Assembly (NCBI GenBank): GCA_963677925.2
Contig: CAXXYH010000003.1
Coordinates: 512,001-576,000, forward strand
Source: Spirochaetia bacterium
Lineage (GTDB): Bacteria > Spirochaetota > Spirochaetia > UBA9216
Direction: 5' to 3'
Length of the DNA: 64,000 nt
A program made the position numbers and the translations under genes. Under the pieces are notes generated by a model. That model made no database searches, had not been told where the DNA came from, and saw nothing but the letters and a program-made list of their open reading frames with translations. Below, one piece after another: positions 48,216 to 58,022 of the stretch (position 1 is the first letter of the stretch; the number at the start of each line of letters is the position of its first letter).

Positions 48216-49245
48216 CGCCCTTCTCTTTTTTAACCGTTCCGAATTTAACCGGCTGTGTCAGTCTGTTAATCATCGGAACAAAGATATTCATAAGGATGAT
48301 TGCGAGTGATACGCCTTCAGGGAATGAACCGTAAAAACGGATAAGGAAGGTTAAAAATCCGCATCCGACTGCATATATCATCATACCCTTCTTTGTCACC
48401 GGAGAAGTTACCATATCGGTTGCCATAAAAAAGGCTCCGAGCATTATACCTCCAGTAAGAAGATGAAACAGAACATCTCCGCTGAAAAATCCGTTTCCGA
48501 ATCCAAGACCGCCGAAAATCCATACCAGTACGGAGAAAGAGCCAAGATAGAAAACCGGGATTTCCCAGTCAACGATATGCATAAGTATCAGAAAGACTCC
48601 TCCGAGCAGCAGCAGAAGTGCCGAAACTTCACCGATACAGCCCGGAATTTTTCCTAAAAACAGATCCAGATAGCTGTCGACCGGATAACCCTGTGATGAA
48701 AGAAAGTCCATCGGGCCGGCAGAACCGCCGCTGTAGCTTAAAAGTCCTGTTTTAACAAATCCGAGAGGACTGGCGGATGTTACAGCATCAGCTGCAATCA
48801 TCTTCGGCATTGACCATCTTGTCATACCTCCGGTCCAGGAAAAGAAAACAAATACACGGCCTGCAAGAGCAGGGTTCATCCAGTTTGTTCCAAGACCGCC
48901 GAAAGTCCATTTAACAACTAGAATGGCAAACAGCGACGCCATTACAGCAACATACAGAGGAACCTCTGCAGGCATGTTGTATCCTATAAGAATACCGGTT
49001 AAAAAGGCGCTGCCGTCATTTATTGTACCGCCTTTTTTAAGCAGTTTTACAACAATGAATTCAGCTGCAACAGCTGAAATAATTGAAACAGCCAGTACCA
49101 GCAGAGCCCGGAACCCGAAGGCATAGACTCCCCATAAACCAGAGGGAACAAGAGCCAGAACTACCAGCCACATAATTTTTGATGTTGTTCCCGTTGAATG
49201 TATCTGCGGCGAACTGCCGACAGTAAGATTTAATCCATCAGACAT
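48208..49245 (-). CDS. rnfD: Rnf complex subunit D
   Basis: SSPQI, FGGLGTNWMNPALAGR, GCIGEVS, FFMATDMVTSP, PEGV. Confidence 0.95.
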   Translation of the reverse strand: MSDGLNLTVGSSPQIHSTGTTSKIMWLVVLALVPSGLWGVYAFGFRALLVLAVSIISAVAAEFIVVKLLKKGGTINDGSAFLTGILIGYNMPAEVPLYVAVMASLFAILVVKWTFGGLGTNWMNPALAGRVFVFFSWTGGMTRWSMPKMIAADAVTSASPLGFVKTGLLSYSGGSAGPMDFLSSQGYPVDSYLDLFLGKIPGCIGEVSALLLLLGGVFLILMHIVDWEIPVFYLGSFSVLVWIFGGLGFGNGFFSGDVLFHLLTGGIMLGAFFMATDMVTSPVTKKGMMIYAVGCGFLTFLIRFYGSFPEGVSLAIILMNIFVPMINRLTQPVKFGTVKKEKGGE

Positions 49246-50570
49246 CAGCTAACCTTCTTCTTTCTTGCCATTTTCTTGCCGAGCCGCATCCCCTGAACCA
49301 GCGGGATATGAGCGGGGCAGGTAAAAGAGCAGCAGCCGCACTCTTTACAGTCCATGAGACCTGTATTCATAGCACCCTGGTAATCAGAATGATCTATAAG
49401 CTTGAACATTTTTGTAGGATTAAGACCCATCGGGCATTTCTGAATACATTTCCCGCAGGAGAGACAGTTGGTCCTTCCTGAAGCCTTAACCTCTTTATCT
49501 GTCAGAATCAGAATACCGGAAGTACCCTTTGTGACCGGTGTATCCAGATCGTAAACTGCAAAGCCCATCATAGGCCCGCCTATAACAACTTTAGCCGGAT
49601 TCTCTTTCATTCCGCCGCAGGCTTCAATAAGAGCACTTACAGGAGTCCCTACTCTGGCAAGAAAGTTGCCCGGATTCTGTACACCCAGACCTGTTACGGA
49701 AACGACCCTCTCAAAAACCTTTTTTTCAAGTGCTACAGCTTCGTACACTGCATTTACAGTACCTACATTGGCAACTACACAGCCGACTTCAATTGGAAGA
49801 CCTCCTGAGGGAACTTCGCGTCCGGTAACAGCCTTAATCAGCTGTTTCTCATCACCCTGAGGATATTTTAGCTTTAGCGGTACAATCTCAACATCCATGC
49901 CTGCTGCCTTAACAGCTTCACGCATTTTTTCAATTGCATTAGGTTTATTTATCTCTATACCTACAGCCGTCTTTTCAGGGCTGGTGATCGCACTGATAAT
50001 TCTGATACCTTCCAGCAGCACTTCAGTCTTCTCGAGCATCAGTCTGTGGTCGGCAGAAAGATAGGGTTCACATTCAACACCGTTGATAATCAGGTATTCA
50101 ACCTTTTTACCCTTTGGAACTGAAAACTTTACATTCGCCGGGAATGTAGCTCCGCCCATTCCGACAACCCCAGAGTTTTTAATGATTTCATTAAGCTCTG
50201 CTGACTCTATGGAGGACCAGTCTTTTTTTTGTGAATATTCGCCGGGTTTAAAATCTTCATCAACTGAAATTACAATTGCTGTTGATTTCATTCCATTTGC
50301 AAGGTAAATCTCGGTAATTTCCTTGACAGTACCGTCAGCAGGACTGTGAATAGCTGCTGAAATGAATCCGGTTGCCTCACCGATAATCTGGCCTTCCTTT
50401 ACGGCTTCACCGGCTTCGACAACTGGTTTAGCCGGACTGCCGATATGCTGCCCCATAGGAACGGTAAGCTCTGCAGGTATAGCAGCTCTTACTATTTCTT
50501 TAGAATTGGTGAGATGCTTCCTTCCAGGAGGATGTATACCACCTCTGGGAAACGTCTTTATTCCCTTCAT
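49245..50570 (-). CDS. rnfC: Rnf complex subunit C
   Basis: QHIGSP, GVVGMGGATFP, NGVECEPYL, YPQGDEKQ, two 4Fe-4S motifs. Confidence 0.97.
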   Translation of the reverse strand: MKGIKTFPRGGIHPPGRKHLTNSKEIVRAAIPAELTVPMGQHIGSPAKPVVEAGEAVKEGQIIGEATGFISAAIHSPADGTVKEITEIYLANGMKSTAIVISVDEDFKPGEYSQKKDWSSIESAELNEIIKNSGVVGMGGATFPANVKFSVPKGKKVEYLIINGVECEPYLSADHRLMLEKTEVLLEGIRIISAITSPEKTAVGIEINKPNAIEKMREAVKAAGMDVEIVPLKLKYPQGDEKQLIKAVTGREVPSGGLPIEVGCVVANVGTVNAVYEAVALEKKVFERVVSVTGLGVQNPGNFLARVGTPVSALIEACGGMKENPAKVVIGGPMMGFAVYDLDTPVTKGTSGILILTDKEVKASGRTNCLSCGKCIQKCPMGLNPTKMFKLIDHSDYQGAMNTGLMDCKECGCCSFTCPAHIPLVQGMRLGKKMARKKKVS

Positions 50571-52069
50571 GCTTCCTGACCCTTCCTTTTTAAAGATATA
50601 GATACTCCCGGGATAAATAGGCTTAAAACCGGAAGATAGATAACAACACTTATTATTAAGAATTTCAACAGGATTTGTAAATTTTTCTGGTCTGCTGCTA
50701 TGTATCCCGTTACGGCATTGGCTGACGAGGACTGGGAAATCAGTAATGCAGCAAGTCCTGTTTCTTTGTTCGCGTCGATTATACTTGTATACCAGTCCAG
50801 TGTAAACTGCAGAACAGCATCGTTAACCGTCTGAATTTCATTATTTTCCTGATGATAGCGCCTGATAACAAGCTGTTCATCAGGCTGTGGAAAATGATAT
50901 TCCATCCCGTACATAAAACCTTCCTGATAAGCCTCATGAGCTATCAGATCTGCAGCACCGGTCAATGTTCCTGCTTTACGGCTGTCAAAAACGGTTTTCA
51001 GTTCACTGAAGGAGTAACCTCTTTCGGCTGCTTCAGAATCGGGCAGCGGCATATTCAGCCCCGCCCCCGATGGGATGAAAAGTGTAAAAAACGGCATAAT
51101 AAGCGAAACAGCCAGAGCTGCGGCATAAACAGGAAGCTTTCTGCTTCTTGCCTCATATCCGGTATCAACCATTCTTATGGGGAAAAAAATACGGTGCTCC
51201 TGTCTGCGAACCCGTTCGCTTTTAGTACTGTAATAAACAAAAATCAGAAGAAGATCTCCAATTATCGCTGCAGCTGCAGGCAGTACAGAAAGATGAAAGA
51301 TCAGCCCCAGGGCTGCAGAAGAGGCAATCAGGGCTGCGCCGTAAGTCAGCAGAGCGGGATATGCAGAAGCCTTTATTCTTGTTTCCCTGTAGTTAAGATA
51401 GAAAATAACCTCCGGGTATATCTCCTTGATCGCAATGAGCTGGGATATATAGACAACACAGGCGGCAGAAAGATATCCGCTGCCGGCAGCGGTAACAAGA
51501 AGAAACCAGGGAACTCCGGTAAATACAGACAGCAGTCTGATCTCTCTGAGCATCCAGATTCCAAAGCTCCATATCAAAAGAAAAAGAAAGCCCGAAACAA
51601 TCCTGCCGGCAAGACTGAAATCCGGAAAACTCCAAGTTTCAGGAAAACTGCCGGACAGCACCGGGTTTATATAGAAACTAAGGAAGTGTTTGTCCGATTT
51701 TATGTAGAAAAGACGGTATTCTGAACCGTCCCTGCCCTCTGCACTGAAATAAGCAGCGGCATTACGCATGTATTCATCAACCCGCGGATCGCCTTCAACA
51801 AAACGCTGCTCAAGCTCATCCGGGCTAACTGTGCGGAAGGTACCAAAATCATTATACCGCAGTTCTGTATTAAAAGAGGCGATATACTCAAAACCTTCAA
51901 AATAGGCTTCGGCTGTCCTGCTGTTATAATCTTCCTCCGGCACAGCAACTGTGTAATACCCATTCCAGGCTCTTCCGGAATCTGCTGAACCGTTAAACAT
52001 AACTACTATGGCACAGCACAACACAAAGCAGAGGACAAAAGGAAGATTATGAACATATTTTCTGAGCAT
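50567..52069 (-). CDS. Hypothetical multi-pass membrane protein overlapping the rnfC start
   Basis: 500-aa ORF with several hydrophobic segments; ATGA overlap with rnfC. Confidence 0.7.
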   Translation of the reverse strand: MLRKYVHNLPFVLCFVLCCAIVVMFNGSADSGRAWNGYYTVAVPEEDYNSRTAEAYFEGFEYIASFNTELRYNDFGTFRTVSPDELEQRFVEGDPRVDEYMRNAAAYFSAEGRDGSEYRLFYIKSDKHFLSFYINPVLSGSFPETWSFPDFSLAGRIVSGFLFLLIWSFGIWMLREIRLLSVFTGVPWFLLVTAAGSGYLSAACVVYISQLIAIKEIYPEVIFYLNYRETRIKASAYPALLTYGAALIASSAALGLIFHLSVLPAAAAIIGDLLLIFVYYSTKSERVRRQEHRIFFPIRMVDTGYEARSRKLPVYAAALAVSLIMPFFTLFIPSGAGLNMPLPDSEAAERGYSFSELKTVFDSRKAGTLTGAADLIAHEAYQEGFMYGMEYHFPQPDEQLVIRRYHQENNEIQTVNDAVLQFTLDWYTSIIDANKETGLAALLISQSSSANAVTGYIAADQKNLQILLKFLIISVVIYLPVLSLFIPGVSISLKRKGQEA

Positions 52070-52136
52070 TACTCTCTCGTATTATCAGGTTTAGTAGTGT
52101 GGATATTATAAACCAGCCGTGTTAGTATGACAATCC

Positions 52137-53135
52137 GTGAAAGGCTATATAGTTTTTTATTCAGGACCTGATGATGCAGGCAGAAGAGCAGACAGAGTAA
52201 TCAAGAAATTCATGCCGGAAATCCCGGCAGGCCTTATATACTCTGCCATGCGAAAAAAAAAGATTCTCATTAACGGTAAAAAAATAAAACCCGATTACAG
52301 ACTCTCTGAAAACGACCGGCTTGAGATACATCAGTCAATACGTGAGGCTAATCCTGCAGCAAATTCTTCAGATGGAACAATAGGCCCTGTAAATAAAACC
52401 AATTCTGCTCCGAACAGCTCCCGGCTTGACGCTATGACGGTATTAAGAACTGAAAACCTTATTTTCCTGAATAAACCCAGAGGAATGCTTACCCACGGAG
52501 ATAATTCTGCTGCCGGTCTTCTGAAATCAGAATTAAAACCTCAGCTTGCAGAATCTTTATCCTTCACTCCTGCCCCCCTTCACCGGCTTGACCGGAACAC
52601 ATCGGGGCTGCTTGCCGCCTCATGCTCAATCCAGGGGGCAAGAGAGTTCAGCGAAAGACTGAGATCCGGAGGTATAAGAAAATTCTATATAGGCCTATGC
52701 CTTGGAAACCTTAAAAAAAGTATAGTGCTTGAAGACAGCCTGAAGCGTAGTGAACTTGTCTCTGAAATCGATATAAGCGGTACTTCTGATAAAAAAGCTG
52801 TGACAATAATGCATCCTTTCACCCAAACAAAGGGTTTTACACTCTGCATTTTTGAGATAATTACCGGACAAACACACCAGATACGGGCACAGGCATCGGC
52901 GGCAGGTTATCCGCTTGCCGGTGACTCCAAATATAACGGAGCGGTATCCGGCGTTAAGAGGTACTTTCTTCATTCCTATATGCTTATTAATCCGGAAAAA
53001 ACAACGGTTATGAACTTCGAAAGCGTTAAAGCCGTACCGGATTCGCAATCCTGCAGTTTTCTGGAAAAACATATAGAAAGTAAAATCAGCACTGATTTTT
53101 TCAACCGGATAAGCAGCACGATTATCAGCCTTTAA
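52137..53135 (+). CDS. RluA/RluC family pseudouridine synthase
   Basis: S4-like N-terminus, NKPRG, HRLDRNTSG, TGQTHQIR, GDSKY. Confidence 0.93.
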   Translation: MKGYIVFYSGPDDAGRRADRVIKKFMPEIPAGLIYSAMRKKKILINGKKIKPDYRLSENDRLEIHQSIREANPAANSSDGTIGPVNKTNSAPNSSRLDAMTVLRTENLIFLNKPRGMLTHGDNSAAGLLKSELKPQLAESLSFTPAPLHRLDRNTSGLLAASCSIQGAREFSERLRSGGIRKFYIGLCLGNLKKSIVLEDSLKRSELVSEIDISGTSDKKAVTIMHPFTQTKGFTLCIFEIITGQTHQIRAQASAAGYPLAGDSKYNGAVSGVKRYFLHSYMLINPEKTTVMNFESVKAVPDSQSCSFLEKHIESKISTDFFNRISSTIISL

Positions 53136-53205
53136 ATCTGTCAGTAACAGCAATTATTTCTCTGCAGGTATTGGAAAAACAGCCATACGCAAGTATTATT
53201 ATCTA

Positions 53206-54081
53206 ATGAAGCATTTGTTACTGAACCTCCAGTGGATTCTCAAAGGCGTCAAGGTTTTTGCCCTTGTCGGAAAAAGCGGAACCGGTAAAAGTTTCCGCTC
53301 AAAACTTATTGCCGACAAGTACGGCATTGAACTTCTGATTGATGACGGACTGCTCATCCGCGGCAATAAAATCATCTCAGGCAAATCGGCCAAAAAAGAA
53401 TCAAATTATCTCGGCGCAATAAAAACCGCGCTTTTTGACGACAGAAAACACAGGGAAGCAGTCTGCAAAAAGCTTAAAGAAGAAAAATTCAGAAGAATTC
53501 TAATAATCGGTACATCAGAAAGGATGACAAGAAAAATAGCCGCCAGGCTCGATCTGCCTCCTGTTTCAAAAGTGATACAAATAGAAGATATAGCAACTGA
53601 GGACGAAATAAATACTGCCATAAGATCACGTAAAGAAGGCAAGCATGTTATTCCGGTACCGGCTGTTGAAATAAACCGTAACTATTCTCAGATGGTTTAT
53701 GACTCTGTTAAGGTGTTTATGGAAAAGAAGTTCATGAACTTCCGTAAAAAGGGAAAGTACTTTGAGAAGACCGTAGTTAGACCTGAATTCTCCAAAAAAG
53801 GTCGTGTGAGCATTTCCGAATCGGCACTGACTCAGATGGTCCTTCATTGTGCAGATGAGTTTGACAGCTCGATTGCCATCCTGAAAGTCACTTTCCGTGA
53901 GGAAATAAACGGCTATAAGCTCTCGATCGACATAAGATTGCCCTATGGAGTCGAATTATCAAATATTGTGCACAACTTTAGGGAGTATCTGATCGATAAT
54001 CTAGAAAGGTATTCAGGTATTATGATTGATACCGTTAATATAAATGTAGAGGACTTTTTCACAAAAAAGAAAAAGGTTTGA
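53206..54081 (+). CDS. P-loop protein with C-terminal Asp23/Gls24-like domain
   Basis: VFALVGKSGTGKS, IDDGLLI, GKHVIPVP, EKTVVRPEFS..G...IS...VNINVE. Confidence 0.7.
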   Translation: MKHLLLNLQWILKGVKVFALVGKSGTGKSFRSKLIADKYGIELLIDDGLLIRGNKIISGKSAKKESNYLGAIKTALFDDRKHREAVCKKLKEEKFRRILIIGTSERMTRKIAARLDLPPVSKVIQIEDIATEDEINTAIRSRKEGKHVIPVPAVEINRNYSQMVYDSVKVFMEKKFMNFRKKGKYFEKTVVRPEFSKKGRVSISESALTQMVLHCADEFDSSIAILKVTFREEINGYKLSIDIRLPYGVELSNIVHNFREYLIDNLERYSGIMIDTVNINVEDFFTKKKKV

Positions 54082-54106
54082 CATATTTAAGAGTAGTGCC
54101 TAAAAT
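54078..54106 (+). promoter_or_regulatory. sigma70 promoter
   Basis: TTGACA N17 TAAAAT upstream of SD and ATG 54144. Confidence 0.75.
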
Positions 54107-54143
54107 TTAGAGTCTAATATTCCGGACAAGGAGAAAGGGAGCC

Positions 54144-55424
54144 ATGAAGAAAGTTATATTGACTTTTTGCCTAGTTTTTTTGACTGCCCATGCTTTTTCA
54201 CAGGAAATGAACCTGATAGAGAGCGATTACTACAAAGTATATTCCGAGGTTAGCGTAGGTCACGCAGCGGACACAGCAGAAGTGCTTGACGCATACTTCA
54301 ATTTTTTCAATTCCTACTTTCATTTTGATGCGGCAGAAATCCCGTATCTGATGAGAGTTAAAATTTTTAAGGATAAGGCTTCATTCGATGATTACCTGTC
54401 CGATATAATCCCCGAACAGAAGAATTCTTTTGTATTTCTTCAGTACAACCAGGCAGATAAAAACGAGCTTGTCGGATACTACACCGACGACAGCAGCTAC
54501 AACAGATATCTTGCACACCATGGATTCATGCAGTTTCTGAAAACTTTCATCCCGCAGCCGCCATTATGGCTGCAGAAAGGATTTGCAATTTATTTTGAAA
54601 ACTCATATTACGACCCTGCTATAAAAAAGGTTGTTTATGAAGAAAATCTCAGCTGGCTGTATACCCTTAAAAAATATATAAACAATGCTTCAGAAGGAAC
54701 CGATGGTTCAATTATTCCATTTCCAACTCTTCTTACCATGAATGTTGAAAATGCCAATTCAAGTATTGATGTATTTTATGCACAGTCCTGGGGGCTTGTA
54801 ACCTTCCTCCTTAACAGCAGCAATAATTCCTATAACAGAATTATGTGGGATTCAATCAAGAGTCTTTCAGCTTCTGCAGACAGAAAGGCTAATGAAAATT
54901 CAACAATTAAAAATGCCTTCGAATGGGTCGGAAAAAATGATTTCTCCCGTGATTTTGTAAGCTACATTGAAAGAATAAAAACTTTTCCGGACCTTGTTGA
55001 GGACGGCATGGACCAGTACAATGCAGGCGATCTGAGCCTTGCTGAGCGGACTTTTATAAATGCTGTCAGCATGCGTGAAGATCATCCGGTACCCTACTAC
55101 TACCTTGGTCTTATCTATTATGCCGAACATGATTACGGCATGGCTGAATACTACTACCAGACAGCTATTCAGATGGGCGGAGAACAGGGTATTTCCTTCT
55201 ACGCCCTCGGCGTTAACGCCTATGCGGACGAGCGCTATGAAGCAGCTGTTGAATTCCTTGTAGAGTCCTATAATGCTGATCCCGGTTTTTATGGAGCAAA
55301 GGCTGTCAGCCTTCTTGAACAGATGGAAGAGGAAAAACCCGGTACAGTAACATCCTATCTTAAAGAAATGGGTGTAAGTGATGAGGAAATCGAAGCAGCT
55401 ACCGCAGGGGCCGCCAGAGGCTGA
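54144..55424 (+). CDS. Exported protein: gluzincin-like (DUF1570-like) domain plus TPR repeats
   Basis: Signal peptide; LAHHGFMQF...PLWLQKGFAIYFE; FYAQSWGLV; PYYYLGLIYY TPRs. Confidence 0.7.
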   Translation: MKKVILTFCLVFLTAHAFSQEMNLIESDYYKVYSEVSVGHAADTAEVLDAYFNFFNSYFHFDAAEIPYLMRVKIFKDKASFDDYLSDIIPEQKNSFVFLQYNQADKNELVGYYTDDSSYNRYLAHHGFMQFLKTFIPQPPLWLQKGFAIYFENSYYDPAIKKVVYEENLSWLYTLKKYINNASEGTDGSIIPFPTLLTMNVENANSSIDVFYAQSWGLVTFLLNSSNNSYNRIMWDSIKSLSASADRKANENSTIKNAFEWVGKNDFSRDFVSYIERIKTFPDLVEDGMDQYNAGDLSLAERTFINAVSMREDHPVPYYYLGLIYYAEHDYGMAEYYYQTAIQMGGEQGISFYALGVNAYADERYEAAVEFLVESYNADPGFYGAKAVSLLEQMEEEKPGTVTSYLKEMGVSDEEIEAATAGAARG

Positions 55425-55438
55425 TAAAACTGATTAAA

Positions 55439-56566
55439 CTAATTATTACGGGCCGGTTTCTCTGAAGCCGGCTCTTTTTTTCGTCTCGGGTACTTGCGTT
55501 TACGATTATGCTGACGCTGCCGTGAATTATGACTTGATGTGTTTTTAATCTTTATACCCTTCTCTTTGAAGTAAAAGGCTACAGCTTTGTCCACTTCAAT
55601 GTTCGGAGGAGTAAGCGGGCTGATGATTTCTTTTATCTGCTTGAACACCTCGCGCTGGGCAGTCTTTGTTTTTATCATAAGTTCCGTGGGCGGAGTGAGA
55701 AATGATCTTGTTAACATGTAGATCATATGCTCACGGTTACATTCTCTATCTGAATTAACCAATTCATCAAGTTTTTTCAAATCATCAAGGATACAATCAT
55801 TTATATTTCGTGATATATAGGGAACTATATGTACCAGCATGTTATAATCGATCAGATAACGTACTATCTGCTCGGAAGCTCCAGAAGCCAGGATTTTCAT
55901 CAGTTCTTCTGTAAGCCTTGATAAAGCAGCCCGTGAAAGTTCCCCTGAGTATTTTTTAAGCGCTTTTTTAATTTTACCCGGCAGCATGAAGCCGGTGGTT
56001 GCCGCATACTTTACAGTTCTAATCAGTCTTACGGGATCTTCCTTGAATGTAATATCCAGAGGAATAAGAGAGTTAATTCTGGCCTGCCGGACATCTTCAT
56101 ATCCGCCGATATAATCTATTATTTGTTCATCATAGGGTGAGTAATACAGGGCGTTGAAGGTGAAATCGCGTCGTTTTACATCGTCTTCAATGGTGCCGTA
56201 TATATTCTGTTCATCACCGGGATTTGAGCCTCTGAATGTTGAGACTTCAAAGATTTTATCCTGATAGTGAATATGTACAAGACGAAACCTGCGTCCTATA
56301 ACCTTGGAATTCCAGAAAAGCTTTCTAATCTGCCGCGGGTGGGCATCAGTAACTATGTCAAAATCTTTAGGATGCTTGCCAATAAGCAGATCACGGACTG
56401 CCCCACCGACCACATAGGACTGGAAACCTGCCTGCCTGAGCTTCTTAATAACTTTCAGAGCATCACTGTCTATCATTCCGGTAGAAATTCGATGCTCATC
56501 AATTGTGTAGATATTTGCAAGCTTTATCCGCTTGCCCTTTTTAGTTGTTCCGTATCTGATTAGCAA
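55439..56566 (-). CDS. pcnB: Poly(A) polymerase PcnB-like nucleotidyltransferase
   Basis: VGGAVRDLL, PKDFD, PAP-specific IGRRFRLVHI, RRDFTFNAL, EDPVR. Confidence 0.9.
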   Translation of the reverse strand: MLIRYGTTKKGKRIKLANIYTIDEHRISTGMIDSDALKVIKKLRQAGFQSYVVGGAVRDLLIGKHPKDFDIVTDAHPRQIRKLFWNSKVIGRRFRLVHIHYQDKIFEVSTFRGSNPGDEQNIYGTIEDDVKRRDFTFNALYYSPYDEQIIDYIGGYEDVRQARINSLIPLDITFKEDPVRLIRTVKYAATTGFMLPGKIKKALKKYSGELSRAALSRLTEELMKILASGASEQIVRYLIDYNMLVHIVPYISRNINDCILDDLKKLDELVNSDRECNREHMIYMLTRSFLTPPTELMIKTKTAQREVFKQIKEIISPLTPPNIEVDKAVAFYFKEKGIKIKNTSSHNSRQRQHNRKRKYPRRKKEPASEKPARNN

Positions 56567-56637
56567 TTCTACATCCGTGTAAGTTTTGTTAAATTTATAA
56601 ATGTAATGCTAAAGAATTTCAAGTACATTATTTTCTA

Positions 56638-56666
56638 TTGATACTCATAACCTTTTTTATTAGAAT
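56638..56666 (+). promoter_or_regulatory. sigma70 promoter for hisS
   Basis: TTGATA N17 TAGAAT; SD AGGAG before ATG 56712. Confidence 0.65.
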
Positions 56667-56711
56667 CTCATAACGCCTTTTTGACAGAAACCCACACATC
56701 AGGAGCATATA

Positions 56712-58022
56712 ATGGCCAAATTAGTCGACCCCAGAATACTCAAAGGTTTTCGTGATTTTCTTCCCGAATCCGAAATTCTGAGATCCGATATTAGAAATAC
56801 ACTCGAAAACACCTTCAAATCATTCGGGCTCGTACCTATTGATACGCCTGTTCTTGAATATACAGAAGTCCTTCTGGGCAAGGGCAGCGGAGAAACTGAC
56901 AAGCAGATTTACCGCTTTAACGATCACGGGAAACGCGATGTTGCCATGCGCTTTGATCTGACAGTTCCCTTTGCACGCTTTATGGCTGCGCACCGGAACG
57001 AGTTATACCTTCCTTTCAAACGCTATCACATATCAAAGGTCTGGCGCGGAGAAAATACTCAGAGAGGCCGCTACAGGGAGTTTACTCAATGCGATTTTGA
57101 TATTGTAGGGATCGACAGCGCTGAGGCTGACTTTGAAATACTCTCTATAATGCATGATTCACTGAAGGCGCTAGGTGTAGACGGCATTCACATTCACGTT
57201 TCTCACAGAGGAATTTTCAACCGCTTCCTCGAAAAACTTGAACTGTCAGAGGCTTCAGCTGATGTACTCAGGACAGTTGATAAGCTTGCAAAGATCGGCG
57301 AGGAGCAGGTTTTAACTCTTCTTGATGACATTACCGGTCGTGAAAAGGGACAGCTAATTCTTGAATACATAAAAGCCTCAGGAAGCTTTGAGGAAATACT
57401 CGATAAAATTGAAGGTCTTGCCGGGGGAGAAAACCCCGATTCAGCAAGACTCAGGCAGCTTCGCGGAATGATGGTTGATACCGGAATGGCGGACCTTTTT
57501 GTCTTAAACCCCTCAATCACAAGGGGACTGGATTACTATACAGGAATTGTCTTTGAAACATTTCTTGATGAACTGCCCGGAATAGGTTCTGTATGTTCCG
57601 GGGGAAGATACAACAACCTCGCGTCCATCTATTCCAAGGAGGAAATGCCCGGAGTCGGTTCTTCAATCGGTCTGGACAGACTGCTCGCAGCCCTTGAAGA
57701 GCTGGGAAAGATTTCCAGCCGTAAAAGCAATACCGACGTACTTATACTGAATATGGATAACAAACTGAAAAGCCATTATTTTTCGATGGCTGCAAAACTG
57801 AGACAGGCGGGACTTAAAGCTGAGGTCTACCTTGACACCAAAAAGCTTAAAAATCAGTTCAGTTTTGCGGATAATAAGAATATTCCTGCTCTTCTGATAT
57901 GCGGAGAGGACGAATACGCTCAAAACAAGGTAAATGTTAAAGATTCAATTAAGCGAGAGAATTATGACAAGATAAGTCTTGAAGAAGCTATTGAAAGAAT
58001 AAGAGAAATAGCCCGCGGTTAA
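56712..58022 (+). CDS. hisS: Histidine--tRNA ligase
   Basis: KGFRDF, RFDLTVP, GRYREFTQCDFD, RGLDYYTG, GGRY. Confidence 0.98.
   Translation: MAKLVDPRILKGFRDFLPESEILRSDIRNTLENTFKSFGLVPIDTPVLEYTEVLLGKGSGETDKQIYRFNDHGKRDVAMRFDLTVPFARFMAAHRNELYLPFKRYHISKVWRGENTQRGRYREFTQCDFDIVGIDSAEADFEILSIMHDSLKALGVDGIHIHVSHRGIFNRFLEKLELSEASADVLRTVDKLAKIGEEQVLTLLDDITGREKGQLILEYIKASGSFEEILDKIEGLAGGENPDSARLRQLRGMMVDTGMADLFVLNPSITRGLDYYTGIVFETFLDELPGIGSVCSGGRYNNLASIYSKEEMPGVGSSIGLDRLLAALEELGKISSRKSNTDVLILNMDNKLKSHYFSMAAKLRQAGLKAEVYLDTKKLKNQFSFADNKNIPALLICGEDEYAQNKVNVKDSIKRENYDKISLEEAIERIREIARG

Noticed and set aside
50852-51724. 290-aa plus-strand ORF
   Set aside because: Antisense to the membrane protein gene that is coupled to rnfC; composition typical of a shadow frame
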